Shown here: positions 35,385 to 48,148 of the stretch, one piece after another
Layout: each line of letters begins with the position of its first letter
How positions within the stretch are numbered: position 1 is the first letter of the stretch
NCBI GenBank assembly: GCA_038087875.1
Contig: CM075990.1
Span: forward strand, 14,200,001 to 14,264,000
Direction of reading: 5' to 3'
Length of the DNA: 64,000 bases
From: Malacoraja senta
Taxonomy: Eukaryota
Translations under genes and position numbers: made by a program
Notes under the pieces: generated by a model
What the model was told of the DNA's origin: nothing
The model's input: the letters and a program-made list of their open reading frames with translations, nothing else
Database searches by the model: none

Positions 35385-35901
35385 AGGGGCTGTCCCACAT
35401 GGGCGACCTAATTGGCGCGTTTAGAATAGTTTAGGAGAGTTTGAAAAAATGTCATGTTGAAGAACTCCTTCGACTATGTTGAAGACCAGCTTCGACTAGC
35501 TCTGACTAGCTACGACTAACTTCGGGAAAATTGGACGACCTCCTTCGATCTCCCTCGACCTCCCTTCGACTATGATGAAGACTATCTAAGACTACCTTCG
35601 ACTACCCTCGATTACCTACGACTAACATGCCGACCTACTACGACCTACTACGACTAAACCTACGAGTAAAAAAAGTATCAATTTTTTCCATGGCGACCTT
35701 TTTTTAGTCGTGGGAAGTTTTCAACATGCTGAAAAATACGCCGGGACCTAGCTGAGGCCTCGAGTACACGGGGACTACTCTCGAGCATGAAGGAGAGTTA
35801 CAAAGACCTCCTACGACCTCGTGTCGACCATGCTGCGAGTATGAGTCGAGGGCAAACTCGCCAGAACTCGCCAATTAGGTCGCCCAAGTGGGACAGGCCC
35901 T
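35385..35901. mobile_element. Harbinger-type MITE
   Basis: AGGGGCTGTCCCACATGGGCGACCTAATTGGCG ... CGCCAATTAGGTCGCCCAAGTGGGACAGGCCCT; TTA TSD; CGACTA/CGACCT arrays. Confidence 0.9.
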
Positions 35902-36210
35902 TTACAGCAGTGACTGTGCTGATGATATCATGGGCTACCCCATTTAAAGCCCTTGGTGTTTCCAGGAGATTCCAATTACATCCTTATATCCAAGGTGGAT
36001 AGAGAGCAGAATATCTTTTTTATTTAATTTTAACTTTAGACAAATTTATGTCAACATAAGTAAATCCACACTGACCACTATGTGATGCTCCAGAGGTGCA
36101 GATGGCATTCCTAGGTTGCGAATCTGTTATATTTTCATCTCCTAGTGAAAAAAGCACGAGTTTAGGTATCTGATCATGCTGTACTTTTTTGCCTTTAGCT
36201 CAACTGCTAG

Positions 36211-36597
36211 TGGGGATCTCATTGAAACATATAAGATTATTAAGGGTTTGGACACGCTGGAGGCAGGAAACATGTTCCCGATGTTGGGGGAGTCCAGAAC
36301 CAGGGGCCACAGTTTAAGAATAAGGAGTAAGCTATTTAGAACGGAGATGAGGAAACACTTTTTCACACAGAGAGTTGTGAGTCTGTGGAATCTTCTGCCT
36401 CAGTGGAGGCAGGTCTCTGGAAACTTTCAAGAGAGAGCTAGATAGGGCTCTTGAAGATAGCGGAGTCACGGGATATGGGGAGAAGGCAGGAATGGGGTAC
36501 TGATTGTGGATGATCAGCCATGATCACATTGAATGGCGGTGCTGGCTCGAAGGGCCGTATGGCCTACTCCTGTACCTATTGTCTATTGTCTATTGTC
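36211..36597 (+). mobile_element. CR1 3' end
   Basis: [14 protein letters not shown]...; CTATTGT tail. Confidence 0.9.
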
Positions 36598-37185
36598 TCC
36601 GAACTGGTTGGAAAGCCGGTGCAAGATTGAGATATCTCAAACTGGTTCCTACTGTGCCTTCCACTGAATGATTCAAAATTTCATCACCTCTGCACCAATT
36701 CACACTGGGAACCTATAAAGCGTTTCCTGTCAGTAGTCACATATTTTTAAATTCATTCACGGGATGTAAAACTGCGGATTGAGTTAAGAGCCAGTCACAA
36801 ATGATGTGGGTCAAGGGATCTTTCCCAAAGGGGAAACAATGGAACAAGATGATTTATAAAAGCTTCATTTTCCAGACGTATTTAATTAACTGCATTCAAG
36901 TTCCTCTGCTGCAGAGCTGGGACTTGATCCCAAGTCTCCTGATCACCGGTCTAGTTTGTTGGATTACTGTTCTGGTACCAAAACTAGTAAATTAACACAA
37001 TTCGCACTGAGGGAAAAACTCCAGACTCAGGAGCCTAGACAGAACACTGATTTAACAACACATAACTTGTTGGGGCAGAATGGTGAGTGGGAAAGAGCAT
37101 TGGAAGTGTAAGGGGAACCAATGGCTCGAGTGATAAATCTGCCACTTCTGGTGTAAAGCACGTGTACTTCTAATGCAGCGCTATA

Positions 37186-37760
37186 CATAGAAACATAGAA
37201 AATAGGTGCAGGAGTAGGCCATTCGGCCCTTCGAGCCTTCAATATGATCATGGCTGATCATCCAACTCAGTATCCTGTACCTGCCTTCTCTCCATACCCC
37301 CTGATCCTTTAATCACAAGGGCCACATCTAACTCCCTCTTAAATATAGCCAATGAACTGGCCTCAACTACCTTCTGTGGCAGGGAATTCCAGAGATTCAC
37401 CACTCTCTGTGTGAAAAATGTTTTTCTCATCTCGGTCCAAAAAGATTTCCCCCTTATCCTTAAACTGTGACCCCTTGTCCTGGACTTCCCCAACATCGGG
37501 AACAATCTTCCTGCACGAGCCTGTCCAACCCCTTAAGAATTTTGTACGTTTCTATAAGATCCCCCCTCAATCTTCTAAATTCTAGCGAGTACAAGCCGAG
37601 TCTATCCAATCTTTCTTCATATGAAAGTCCTGACATACCAGGAATCAGTCTGGTGAACTTTCTCTGTACTCCCTCTATAGCAAGAATGTCTTTCCTCAGA
37701 TTTGGAGACCAAAACTGTACGCAATACTCCAGGTGTGGTCTCACCAAGACCCTGTACAAT
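37186..37760 (-). mobile_element. CR1 LINE 3' part
   Basis: [15 protein letters not shown]...[11 protein letters not shown]...FFTQRVVNLWNSLP; CTATGTTT tail. Confidence 0.92.
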
Positions 37761-38297
37761 GGCGCAAGCTGACACATTCATAGTTGACCTACCTTTCCCT
37801 TTACGATTATTCTTTTCTCTGTCTCCCCAATCACTTGGACAGCTGGCCACAGGCGAGGAGCAGCTGGTACCCGTAGTGAGTCGAATATAACGCCATCCAA
37901 CACCAATACAGATTCCAAACTCAAAGGCCCTGGTTAGCACTTGGCAGCCAGCTACTGGCACTTGACTCGGACTAAATTAGGTTATAGTACAATGTTGAAG
38001 CAAGTCTCCATACCCGATGTCAACAGGCTCTCCAGAGATCCATTTAATTCTGTCAGTAGTCGGAATGACTTCACGTACCGTCATATAACCCGTGACCGGG
38101 TCCTGGGCCGTTGCCACTGCTGCAAGAGGCCACGTATGTCATGTAGAGTAACAACGCTGACTATGTCCCCCACCCCCTCTCCCCAGACTGCTTACACCGT
38201 GTCCAGTAGGATGAGCTGTGATTGAATCTGACTTAATCCTGCTTAACATCCACGGGTCACGTGAGGGTGGATGTAGACCAGGGGAAAAATAAATAAT

Positions 38298-38679
38298 GGG
38301 AGAGGGAGAGGGGGAGAGAGGGAGAGGGGAGAGGGAGAGGGAGAGGAGAGGGAGAGGGAGAGGGAGAGGGAGAGGGAGAGGGAGAGGGAGAGGGAGAGGG
38401 AGAGGGAGAGGGAGAGGGAGAGGGAGAGGGAGAGGGAGAGGAGAGGGAGAGGGAGGGAGAGGGAGAGGGAGAGGGAGAGGGAGAGGGAGAGGGAGAGGGA
38501 GAGGGAGAGGGAGAGGGAGAGGGAGAGGGAGAGGGAGAGGGAGAGGGAGAGGGAGAGGGAGAGGGAGAGGGAGAGGGAGAGGGAGAGGGAGAGGGAGAGG
38601 GAGAGGGAGAGGGAGAGGGAGAGGGAGAGGGAGAGGGAGAGGGGAGGGAGAGGGAGAGGGAGAGGGAGAGGGAGAGGGA

Positions 38680-38710
<31 letters not shown>
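38298..38710. repeat. (GAGGGA)n hexamer array ending in (GA)n
   Basis: About 410 bp of pure purine, roughly 65 hexamer units. Confidence 0.97.
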
Positions 38711-38715
<5 letters not shown>

Positions 38716-40130
38716 CAGAGAGGGACAGGGCGACAGACAAGCAGAAATGGGCAGGCAGAGAATGGTGTCGTCTCAAAATGAATGGGGCAACTTCTTTTAC
38801 ACAGAACTGGAGCGTACTGTCAGGGGTGGTGGTGTTTGGAGGCAGAATTGATAGTGGCATTTAAGAGACAAAGTCAAAGTCAATTTTATTCCTCACATGC
38901 ACCCAAAGGTGCAATGAAATGAATTTGCCAGCAGCGATACACTTAAAAAGAACACACAATACACAATAATATTTAACACAAACACCCACCACAGGCATTC
39001 TTCACTGTGGTGGAAGGCAACAAAGTTCAGTCAGTCCTCCTCCCTTGTTGGATAGGCACGTGGATATGCAGGGAATGGAGGGATATTGGCTATCTGCAGC
39101 TGTATCTGAGATAACCTTGGCATCATGCTCGGCACAGACATTGTGGGCCGCAGGGCCTGTCCTTGTGCTGTGCTATGTTCCATGTAACCAACCTCCTCAC
39201 GTTTTTGACCAACACTTTGAAACCTCTCTGTTCAGTACATTTGTCTTGGCTAAAAGAAAAATGTGCCCATTGATTACAGACACTCATATTCCCATCATTT
39301 TCATCTCCGTCCACCCCTCAATTCATGACGACTGTCTATTGATCAGATACATCACCAGAGCAGGACAGCCCCAGATCAATCTAAGCTCTGTGTAAGATTT
39401 ACCTGCTTGCAGCAGAGGACTGTTATGTTGGGTGTGTGCATAGTTGTAACTCGTCAGATTTGAGGTGAAAGCAGGCTGTATGTAATTCCTCATTGCAAAA
39501 CAAAGATGATATTTATCTTCAAAAGCAAGGGGCCCAATGTTGTATTTTAGCCATTTGAGGCACAGAGGCATGCTGGAATATTGGGCATTTATTGGCCAAT
39601 GTTAATTGCCCGTGAATTGAGATGCTGGTTGGGCAAGTAACCACATCATTCCTGGTCTGGAATCACGTGCGATTCACAATGGGTAAATTTAATTGATTTC
39701 CTTCTGGATTTTTAAAACAATCAGTATTTTTTAGAGTCATCATTACTTATACTATCTTTTAATCCCAGATTTAGATATAAATTGAATTAAATTCTCCAGA
39801 TGCCATGACTGGATTTGAACTCACGTCTCCAGATTACTGATTCAGACTTCCAGTTTATAAATCTGTTCACAGAGACAGAGAGTACGAGAGCACAGAAACA
39901 GGCCCTTCATCCCATCAAGCATTCCCTGACATTAATCTCAGTTTATGCTCTTTATATTTCCAGTAACTTCCCCAGCTTGTCTGTTACCCACACCAAGCAG
40001 TAATTATCAATGGCCAATTAACCCTCCAACTTGTATTTCTTTGGAATATGGGACGAAATCGTAGCACCCGGACAAATCCCACACAGCCACAGGGAGAGCG
40101 TGCAAACCCCACATGGACAGCACACAGAAT

Positions 40131-40494
40131 AGTGAAGGACTTGGATAGAGTGCATGTGGAGAGGATGCTTCCACTAGTGGGAGAGGCCAGGACAAGAGGT
40201 CGTAGCCTCAGTATTAAAGGACGTTCTTTTAGGAAGGAGATGAGGAAAATGTCTCTAGTCAGAGGGTGGTGAATCTGTGGAATTCTTTACCACAGAAGGC
40301 AGTGGAGACCAAGTCAGTGGATATTTTTAAGGCAGCGATAGATAAATTCTTGATTAGTACGGGTGTCAGAGGTTATGGAGAGAAGGCAGGAGAATGGGGT
40401 TAGGAGGGAGAGATAGATCAGCCATGATTGAATGGTGGCGTAGACTTGATGGACCGAATGGCCTCATGCTACTCCTATTCCTTATGACCTTATG
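40131..40494 (+). mobile_element. CR1 3' end (second subfamily) inside a V-SINE
   Basis: LDRVHVERMLPLVGEARTRG; CTTATGA tail. Confidence 0.82.
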
Positions 40495-40925
40495 AAGTCA
40501 TGATTGTACTTGGGTCACTGGCTGTAGTTTCAGTAGCTGTACCACTGTGCTGCCAAAACTCTAAAACTACTGTAACAAATATATTTGATCACGATCTTGC
40601 TATTTCATTAGGAAAAGGCTGAGAATGGGTGGGAAATAGTCGCCCCTGTTACTATGAGTGAAGCAAGCTCTGGTAAAGGTAGGTCAGAGGCTGAAGATAA
40701 ACACAAAAAGCTGGAGTAACTCAGCGGGACAGACAGCATCTCTGGAGAGAAGTAATAGGTGACATTTTGGGTCGAGACCCGTCTTCAGATTCAGGTCCCA
40801 GGCTGATCATTTATTGGTTGTCAAAACGAATCACCTCGATTTAGGTAAGCAATTGGTTGACGTGATAGGGCCAGGTTGTTATTCATGAACCCAGACCTGT
40901 GAGAAAGGGCAGCCTTCCATTTATG

Positions 40926-41539
40926 ATGCAACCGCAAGAGATGCAACACTTGTCCCTTCACCTCCCCCCTCTACTCCATTCAAGGACCCAAGCAGTCGTT
41001 CCAGGTGCGACAGAGGTTCACCTGCATCTCCTCCAACCTCATCTATTGCATTCGCTGCTCTAGATGCCAGCTGATCTGCATCGGTGAGACCAAGCGGAGG
41101 CTTGGCGATCGTTTCGCCGAACACCTCCGGTCGGTCCGCAATAGCCAACCTGAACTCCCGGTGGCTCAGCACTTCAACTCCCCCTCCCATTCCGTATCTG
41201 ACCTCTCTGTCCTGGGTCTCCTCCATGGCCACAGCGAGCAACACCGTAAATTGGAGGAAATGCACCTCATATTCCGCTTGGGCAGTCTACATCCTGGGGG
41301 CTTGAACATTGAATTCTCCCAACTCTGCTAGCCCTTGCTGTCCCCTCCCCTTCATCAGCCCTCTGGTTGTCTCCTCCCATCCCCCAGCCCTCGGGCTCCT
41401 CCTCCGCCTTTTTCCTTTTTTCCTTTCTTCTCCCCACCCCCTATCAGTCTGAAGAAGGGTTTCGGCCCGAAACGTTGCCTATTTCCTTCGCTCCATAGAT
41501 GCAGCTGCACCCGCTGAGTTTCTCCAGCATTTTTGTGTA
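40926..41539 (+). mobile_element. 5'-truncated Penelope-like element (Neptune-type): GIY-YIG endonuclease C-terminus plus pLTR
   Basis: CNRKRCNTC...FTCISSNLIYCIRCSRCQLICIGETKRRLGDRFAEH...PVAQHF...GLN; imperfect 13-bp TSD CCTTCCATTTATG/CCTTCCGTTTGTG. Confidence 0.9.
41449..41476 (+). ncRNA. Minimal hammerhead ribozyme-like core in a Penelope pLTR
   Basis: CTGAAGA-A-GGGTTTCGGCCC-GAAA-CG-TT: CUGANGA box, stem II, GAAA box, palindromic ACGU stem III, UH site. Confidence 0.7.
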
Positions 41540-42295
41540 CCTTCCGTTTGTGTAGCACCCTTCACATCCCAAAGTGCTTGTACTGCATCAAATCGCCAAA
41601 TTTAACGTTCAAGCTAAATTACCCATTTCTGATATTTTCCTCAAATCCACGTGGCTTTGAATTCCACAGTGGGAAAACTTTAATGCCTGTTTTTGTTTGC
41701 AGCCCCAGGAAATAAACAATTTTGGAGCTTCGATATGTTCAATCCTGACCTTAGGCCCTGTCCTTGTTGAGGTTGTACATTCTTCCTGTGACCTATGAGC
41801 ATCCCACAATGCTCCCATTTCCTCCCACATGCCAAGGTGTAAATTAATTGGCCACTGTAAAATGCTTCTAGTGTGTAAATTAATAATGGAAACTTGAAAG
41901 AGTTAATGTGAATGAGAAAATAATTTTTAAAACCGATTAACTCAGGAGTAATGTGAATGGGTGCTGATGTCCAGTGTGAACTTGATGGGCCGAAGGGCCT
42001 GTTACTGCTGTATAACTATGACTCTAAAACATATTGGGAGAAAACACAAAAAACAGATGTGCGCACACTTACAAAATACTGGGGAAGCTATACACATGCA
42101 GCATGCACACAAACACAGAGATACACACACAAATACACATGTGTGTACCTGCACATGGTACATGAATGAATTAATATTATTTAAACCCATGTTTAAGAAG
42201 GAACTGCAGATGCTGGAAAATTGAAGGTAGACAAAAATGCTGGAGAAACTCAGCGGGTGAGGCAGCATCTATGGAGTGTTTAGTTTAGTTTAGTT

Positions 42296-43916
42296 TAATA
42301 ATAATAATAATAATAATAGATTTTATTTATATAGCGCTTTTCAGGACTCAAAGTCGCTTTACAATTGAGAGTCAGGAATAAACAAAACAAAATAGAGCAG
42401 TAAGACAGAGGGGAGGGGAACATGGGACTAAGGGTATGCAGAGGTGAAGAGATGGGTCTTGAGGCGGGACTGGAAGATGGTGAGGGACTCAGAATTTCGG
42501 ACCGGTTGTGGGAGGGAATTCCAGAGCCTGGGAGCTGCCCTGGAGAAGGCTCTGCCTCCAAAGGTGCAGAGGTTTGATTTCGGAGTGGAGAGGAGACCGG
42601 CTGATGTGGATCTGAGGGACCGTGAGGGTTGGTAGGGGGAGAGGAGGTCAATGAGATAAGGGGGGGCCAGGTTGTTGAGGGCTTTGTAGGTGAGGACCAG
42701 GATTTTGTAGGTGATCCGGTGGGAAATGGGAAGCCAGTGTAGTTCTTTGAGAACTGGGGTGATGTGGTGCCAGGATTTGGTGTGGGTAATGAGTCGAGCG
42801 GCTGCATTTTGGACCAGTTGGAGTCGTTTGATGCTGCTGGAATTGATTCCGAAAAGAAGAGAGTTACAGTAGTCCAGTCGGGAGGAGATGAAGGCATGGA
42901 TGAGTCTTTCAGCAGCGGGGGGTGTGAGAGACGATCTGATTTTTGCAATGTTGCGGAGGTGAAAAAATGATGTTTTGACAACATGGCGGATGTGAGGCTC
43001 AAGGGAGAGGGTTGAATCAAAGATCACGCCAAGGTTGCGGGCCTGAGGAGATGGGGAGACAGTGGTGCCATCAATAGTGAGAGTGGGGTTGTTAATTTTA
43101 GTGAGTGTTGATTTGGAGCCAATGAGGAGAAATTCTGTTTTGCTACTGTTTAATTTAAGGAAGTTGAGTTGCATCCAAGATTTGATGGCTGATAGGCAGG
43201 AGTTGATATGGGAGAGAGGGGGTGGTGGGGGGACTTGGTGCTGAGATAGATCTGGGTGTCATCAGCATAGCAGTGGAAGTCCCGGTTGAAGTGACGGAGT
43301 ATATGACCAAGGGGGAGGATGTAGATGATGAAGAGGAGGGGACCAAGAACGGAGCCTTGGGGAACGCCTTGAGTGACAGTGGCTGTGGCAGAGGTGTGGT
43401 TATGGAGAGAGATGAAGTGGGATCGGTTGGAAAGGTAAGAACGGAACCAGCTGAGTGCAGAACCTTCAATGCCAAGGTCCCTAAGTCTGGTGAGCAGGAT
43501 GTTGTGGTTGACGGTATCGAAGGCTGCACTCAGGTCGAGGAGGATGAGGATATTGAGGGAGCCAGAGTCAGCAGAGGTAAGGAGGTCATTGAGGACTTTG
43601 AGGAGAGCAGTTTCTGTGCTATGGAGGGGGCGAAAGCCAGATTGGAGGGGTTCGAATAGGTTATACGCGAGGAGGTGGGAATGAAGTTGTGACGCGACGA
43701 TGCGCTCCAGGGTTTTTGAAAGAAAGGGGAGGTTTGAGATGGGGCGGTAGTTAATGAGAGAGGAGGGATCAAGACCAGGTTTCTTTAAGATTGGTGTGAC
43801 AGCAGCAGTTTTGAAAGCAGAGGGGACAATTCCTTGGGACAATGAGGAGTTGAAAAGATTAGTGAGGTAGGGGCAGAGAGCAGGGAGGCAGGACTTCAGC
43901 AGGGGAGTGGGGAGAG
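42296..43916 (-). mobile_element. Young L2-clade LINE, 5'-truncated, RT ORF2 with one frameshift near 43200
   Basis: YRPISNLPFLSK, QSGFR..HSTETAL, LDLSAAFDTV, GVPQGSVLGP, YADDTQ, LHWLP; (ATT)n tail; inserted in a V-SINE tail. Confidence 0.95.
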
Positions 43917-44200
43917 CACACAGCACAGAAACAGGCCCTTCAGACCACCGAGTCTGCGCCGACCGGCAATCCCCGCACACTAACACTATCCTACACACAA
44001 TTGGGACAATTTACATTTATACCAAGCCAATTAACCTACAAACCTGTACACCTTTGGAGTGTGGGAGGAAACCGGAGATCTCGGAGAAAACCCACACAGA
44101 TCACGGGGAGAATGTACAGACTCCATACAGACAAGCACCCGTGGTCAGGATCGAACCCAGGTCTCTGGCGCTGTAAGGCAGCAACTCTACCATAGTGCCC
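43917..44200 (-). mobile_element. V-SINE whose (AAACT)n tail (42278-42295) is displaced by the L2 insertion
   Basis: SINE body continues across the L2. Confidence 0.8.
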
Positions 44201-44667
44201 GTACTTGAGGGGAGATGAATCATCATTAAAGGGGCGAAAATATTAAGAACTATTTTCCTGATTTTGCCATTCTCCCAGGAAGATATGGGTGCCTTTCACA
44301 AATTACACCATAAGGGAGCCAGTTTTCTGAGTATGGAAAAAGGATTGAGTGTTCGTATGCAGAGAGTTTTACAGTTTCTGATATACACTCCCAGCTCTCA
44401 CTGATGGATTTCCCGATGCAATGAAATAGGCCAGTTGCTGATTCAGGTTATTAAAAGTGCTGCTTTCCAGGGACTGACTGATGCCCACTTTGTCCCACAT
44501 GCCCTCCATTTAGATTCCAAGCAATAAAAGATGCACTTCAAATCCCAAAGAGGGCTCAATTTTAACTCAGTTAGATATTAAACTTCAACTCACAATCGGT
44601 CACCAATATTGAGAAATGGCATTGTCAGGATTTAGGTGGGGCAAATGCCTAACATGGTAGTACTCAC

Positions 44668-44713
44668 CTTACACCAGGGAGTTGGAACCACACAAACCAG
44701 AATGTAGCAGGAG
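44668..44713 (-). other. PSD: Candidate 46-nt 5'-UTR exon of PSD
   Basis: TTCTGAATGTTTCTACAG|CTCC...GTAAG|GTGAGT: consensus splice sites in unique sequence. Confidence 0.4.
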
Positions 44714-45830
44714 CTGTAGAAACATTCAGAACTAATTGTAAGTTAGAGGGAGTTTGCAGAAACATAATTTTGCTGGCCTTTGGGGTGGCACAAGTGCTCA
44801 GTATCATTGCCAGAATGGGCCAACACATGTGCCATGCATCAGAATATTTGGCAGATGTGCAGGACAAGGAGAGATTTCGTTTATTTGGGTTAGTTTAGAG
44901 ATACAGTGCAGAAACAGGCCCTTCGGCCCAATGCTATCCCTCACACACTAGGGACAATTTACCATTTATACCTAGCCAATTAGCCTACAAACCTATACGT
45001 CTTTGGTGTGTGGGAGGAAACCGGAGCTTCCTGGAAAAAACCCAAGTAGATCACGGGTAGAATGTATAAACTCCATACAGACAAGCACCCCTAGTCAGGT
45101 TCGAACCCAGATCCCACTGAAGTGTGGATTGGTAGGTGAATTGGTCCAAGTATGTCGGTGAGTGGCAGAGCCTGCGAATGAGGGGCGACTAAAGTGGGAA
45201 TAGTGCCGATTACTGTAAATAGGTGAAGATGTTGCAACAAGGAACTGCAGATGCTGGTTTACCAAGGAAAGACACAAAATGCTGGAGTAACTCAACGGGT
45301 TAGGCAGCATCCCTGGAGAACATGGATAGATGACGTTTCGGGTCGAGACCCTTCTTCAGACTGATTGCGGGGGTGTGAGGAGAGAAGAGTGGAGGGGCAG
45401 GACAAAGCATGGCAGCTCATAGGTCAACACAGGCGAGGGGGCGATTTGATGTGCAGATGATTGGACAGATGCCAGAGATGAACACACACAAGGTGTGAGA
45501 CAAAAAGATGAGAGAGCTGAGAACTACTTGGCCAAAGGATTGACAAGGGCCGAGTGGGAGGGGAAGGATAGGTGCAATATCAGCCAGGGTTCAAGGTTGA
45601 GGGGAAGGGGGTGAAAATAGGGAGGTTATGGGGATGAAAGGGGAAAGGGTGGGATTGCAGAGAGTAAATGGGTGGTTGATGGTCAGTTTGGACACAATGG
45701 GCTGAAGAGCCTGTTCCTGGGTTGTGTGTCCATGACATAGCAGAGGTCATGGCACCTCCTACTCTGGACATACTCCACAGGATATTATCATGGAGTTAAT
45801 ATCAACTGACCCACTAATAGCAACTTGTTG

Positions 45831-45939
45831 GTAGACAAAATTGCTGGAGAAATTCAGCGGGTGAGTTTCACACCCGCTGAGTTTCTCCAGCAATTTAGTC
45901 TACCTTCGATTCTCCAGCATCTGCAGTTCCTTCTTGAAC
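45831..45939. mobile_element. Short fold-back pLTR insertion
   Basis: Inverted arms around GAGTTTCA; TSD AATAG(C/G)AACTTGTTG. Confidence 0.85.
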
Positions 45940-46320
45940 AATAGGAACTTGTTGTTTACCGCACCTTGATATAGCACCTACCTTGTAATAGTTTCATTTC
46001 CATCGTGACCCCTCGTCTTCCAACACGCATCGCACAAGCCTTCACAATTTTTCCCTCTGGAAACAAGGGAAAAAAATTGTTTGATCATTCCACCCAAAGG
46101 AGGCTAGTGATTCCACGATAAAGGTCTGGCCGCAGCCTGAGAGATTGCCATTGGTTTTGCTGAGTTTGAGTGCTGAAGGGCAGCTGCCTTGGAGCTCCAG
46201 AGATCATGGTTCAACCCTGACCTCGGGTACTGTCTGTGTGGAGTCCGCCTGTTCTCCCTATAACCACGTAGGTTTTCCCCCAGCTGCTCCAACTTCTTCC
46301 CATATTCCAAAGATTCCAAA

Positions 46321-46540
46321 GTTTTTCACCCGGAGAGTTGTGAATCTGTGGAATTCTCTGCCGCAGAAGGCAGTGGAGGCCAATTCACTGGATGATTTCA
46401 AGAGAGAGTTAGATATAGTTCCTGGGGCTAACGGAATCAAGGGATATGGGGAGAAAGCAGGAGCGGGGTACTGATTTAGGATGATCAGCCATGATCGTAT
46501 TGAAGTGCCGAATGGCTTACTCCTGCACCTATTTTCTATG
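46321..46540 (+). mobile_element. CR1 3' end inside a V-SINE
   Basis: FFTRRVVNLWNSLPQKAVEA; CR1 tail. Confidence 0.85.
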
Positions 46541-47025
46541 TAGGTTAATTTGCCACTGTTACCTGTCCCCGGTGTACAGGTGAGTGGTATAATCTGAGGG
46601 AACTGAAAATAATATGGAGAGAATAAAATACAGGATTAATGTAAGATTAGTGCAAATAGGGTGGTTGATGATTAGTGCTAGATGGGCCGATCGGCCAGTT
46701 TCCATGCAGACCCTCGATGACTCTATGAATTTTGACTCGGTCTGGGCTGCAGTGGCCAGTCAGAAAGTCTAGCAAAAGCCTTGGAATTGGTGGCAGTGGG
46801 GGAAAGAACTCCACCATTATACAGGGAGGAGCTGACCCTTGAGGAAGATTTTCTAAAGGACCAACAGTGCTCCAGTGGGTATCTTTCCACCCCTGTCAGA
46901 GCCAAATGCAAGGCCAGGAATAACAGAGGCACAGCCAATAAGCAAGATCACACAGCAGTATCATAGGCTCTGAACCGACACTCAAACATGAAGCAGGCGT
47001 GATTGGTAAAGACATATCTTCTTAC

Positions 47026-47053
47026 CTTGCACTCTGTGTTTGAGGATCTCAGG
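47026..47053 (-). other. PSD: Candidate 28-nt upstream (probably 5'-UTR) microexon of PSD
   Basis: TCTTTCATTGTCTTTACATCTACAG|CCTGAG...GCAAG|GTAAGA: strong acceptor and donor in unique sequence. Confidence 0.45.
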
Positions 47054-47459
47054 CTGTAGATGTAAAGACAATGAAAGACCATTTGCATTTCCCCTCCAGC
47101 TGTTTAACGTCCTGCTGCATAAACTACTCTGGTAAAGATATCATATGTGCTGTTTGTCCTACATGCAAAGAGGGACTCTGACTACTGTGATTAAAAGCTG
47201 AAAATACAACTCACAAATTGGACTGCAACCTATAGAAGTGCCTGTACGCAAAATGCAGTCACAGGCAGAGATGAAATGGCTGCTCCCACCGATATGTTCA
47301 ATTGCTGCAGTTACATAACTTACGGTAACCCTTTCCTGCCTGCAAAATCCATCAGAAACCAAAGACAGTCAACAAAGGCAAAGTTTGCTCTTCCACTGTT
47401 TGGACTGACAACCGACCAGCTTTTGAAGAGATCAAACACAGCTTCATCACCGGATCACT

Positions 47460-48148
47460 GGGATTTTGTGAGGATGTAACAAGTAGAATGGATAAGGGAG
47501 AGCCAGTGGATGTGGTGTATCTGGACTTTCAAAAAGCCTTTGACAAGGTCCCGCACAAGAGATAAGTGTGCAAAATTAGAGCACATGGTATTGGCGGTAG
47601 GGTATTGACATGGATAGACAACTGGTTGGCAGACAGGAAGCAAAGAGTAGGAATTAACCGGTCCTTTTCAGAATGGCAGGCAGTGATGAGTGGGGTGCTG
47701 CAAGGCTCGGTGCTGGGATCCCAGTTATTTACAACATATATTAACGATTTAGATGAGGGAATTAAATGTGACATCTCCAAGTTTGCGGATGATACAAAGC
47801 TGGGTGGCAGTGTGGGTTGTGATGAGGATGCTATGAGGCTGCAGGGTGACTTGGATAGCTTGGGTGAGTGAGCAAATGCATGGCAGATTCAATATAATGT
47901 GGATAAATGTGAGGTTATCCACTTTGGTGACAAGACCAGGAAGGCAGATTATTATCTGAATGGTGTCAGATTAGGAAAAGGGCAGGTGCAACGAGACCTG
48001 GGTGTGCTTGTACATCAATCACTGAAAGTAAGCATGCAGGTACAGCAGGCAGTGAAGAAAGCTAATGGCACGTTGGCCTTCATTGCGAGAGGATTTGAGT
48101 TTAGAGGCAAGGAGGTCCTAATGCAGTTGTACAAGATCCTGGTGAGAC
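47460..48148 (+). mobile_element. CR1 LINE RT fragment
   Basis: YLDFQKAFDKVPH, GVLQGSVLG, SKFADDTKLGG, RDLGV; contains stop codons. Confidence 0.92.

Noticed and set aside
35460..35660. Regular short repeats resembling a CRISPR or other array
   Set aside because: Degenerate CGACTA/CGACCT motifs inside a Harbinger MITE; no repeat-spacer structure.
38243..38860. Poly-GR and poly-LS ORFs
   Set aside because: Translations of the hexamer repeat; no evidence of coding.
37760..48148. CR1 fragments on opposite strands that end and begin at the same LVRP codons, suggesting a 10-kb inversion
   Set aside because: The 23-nt overlap has 3 mismatches, the pieces look like different subfamilies, and the outer flanks share no TSD. 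Coincidence is more likely.
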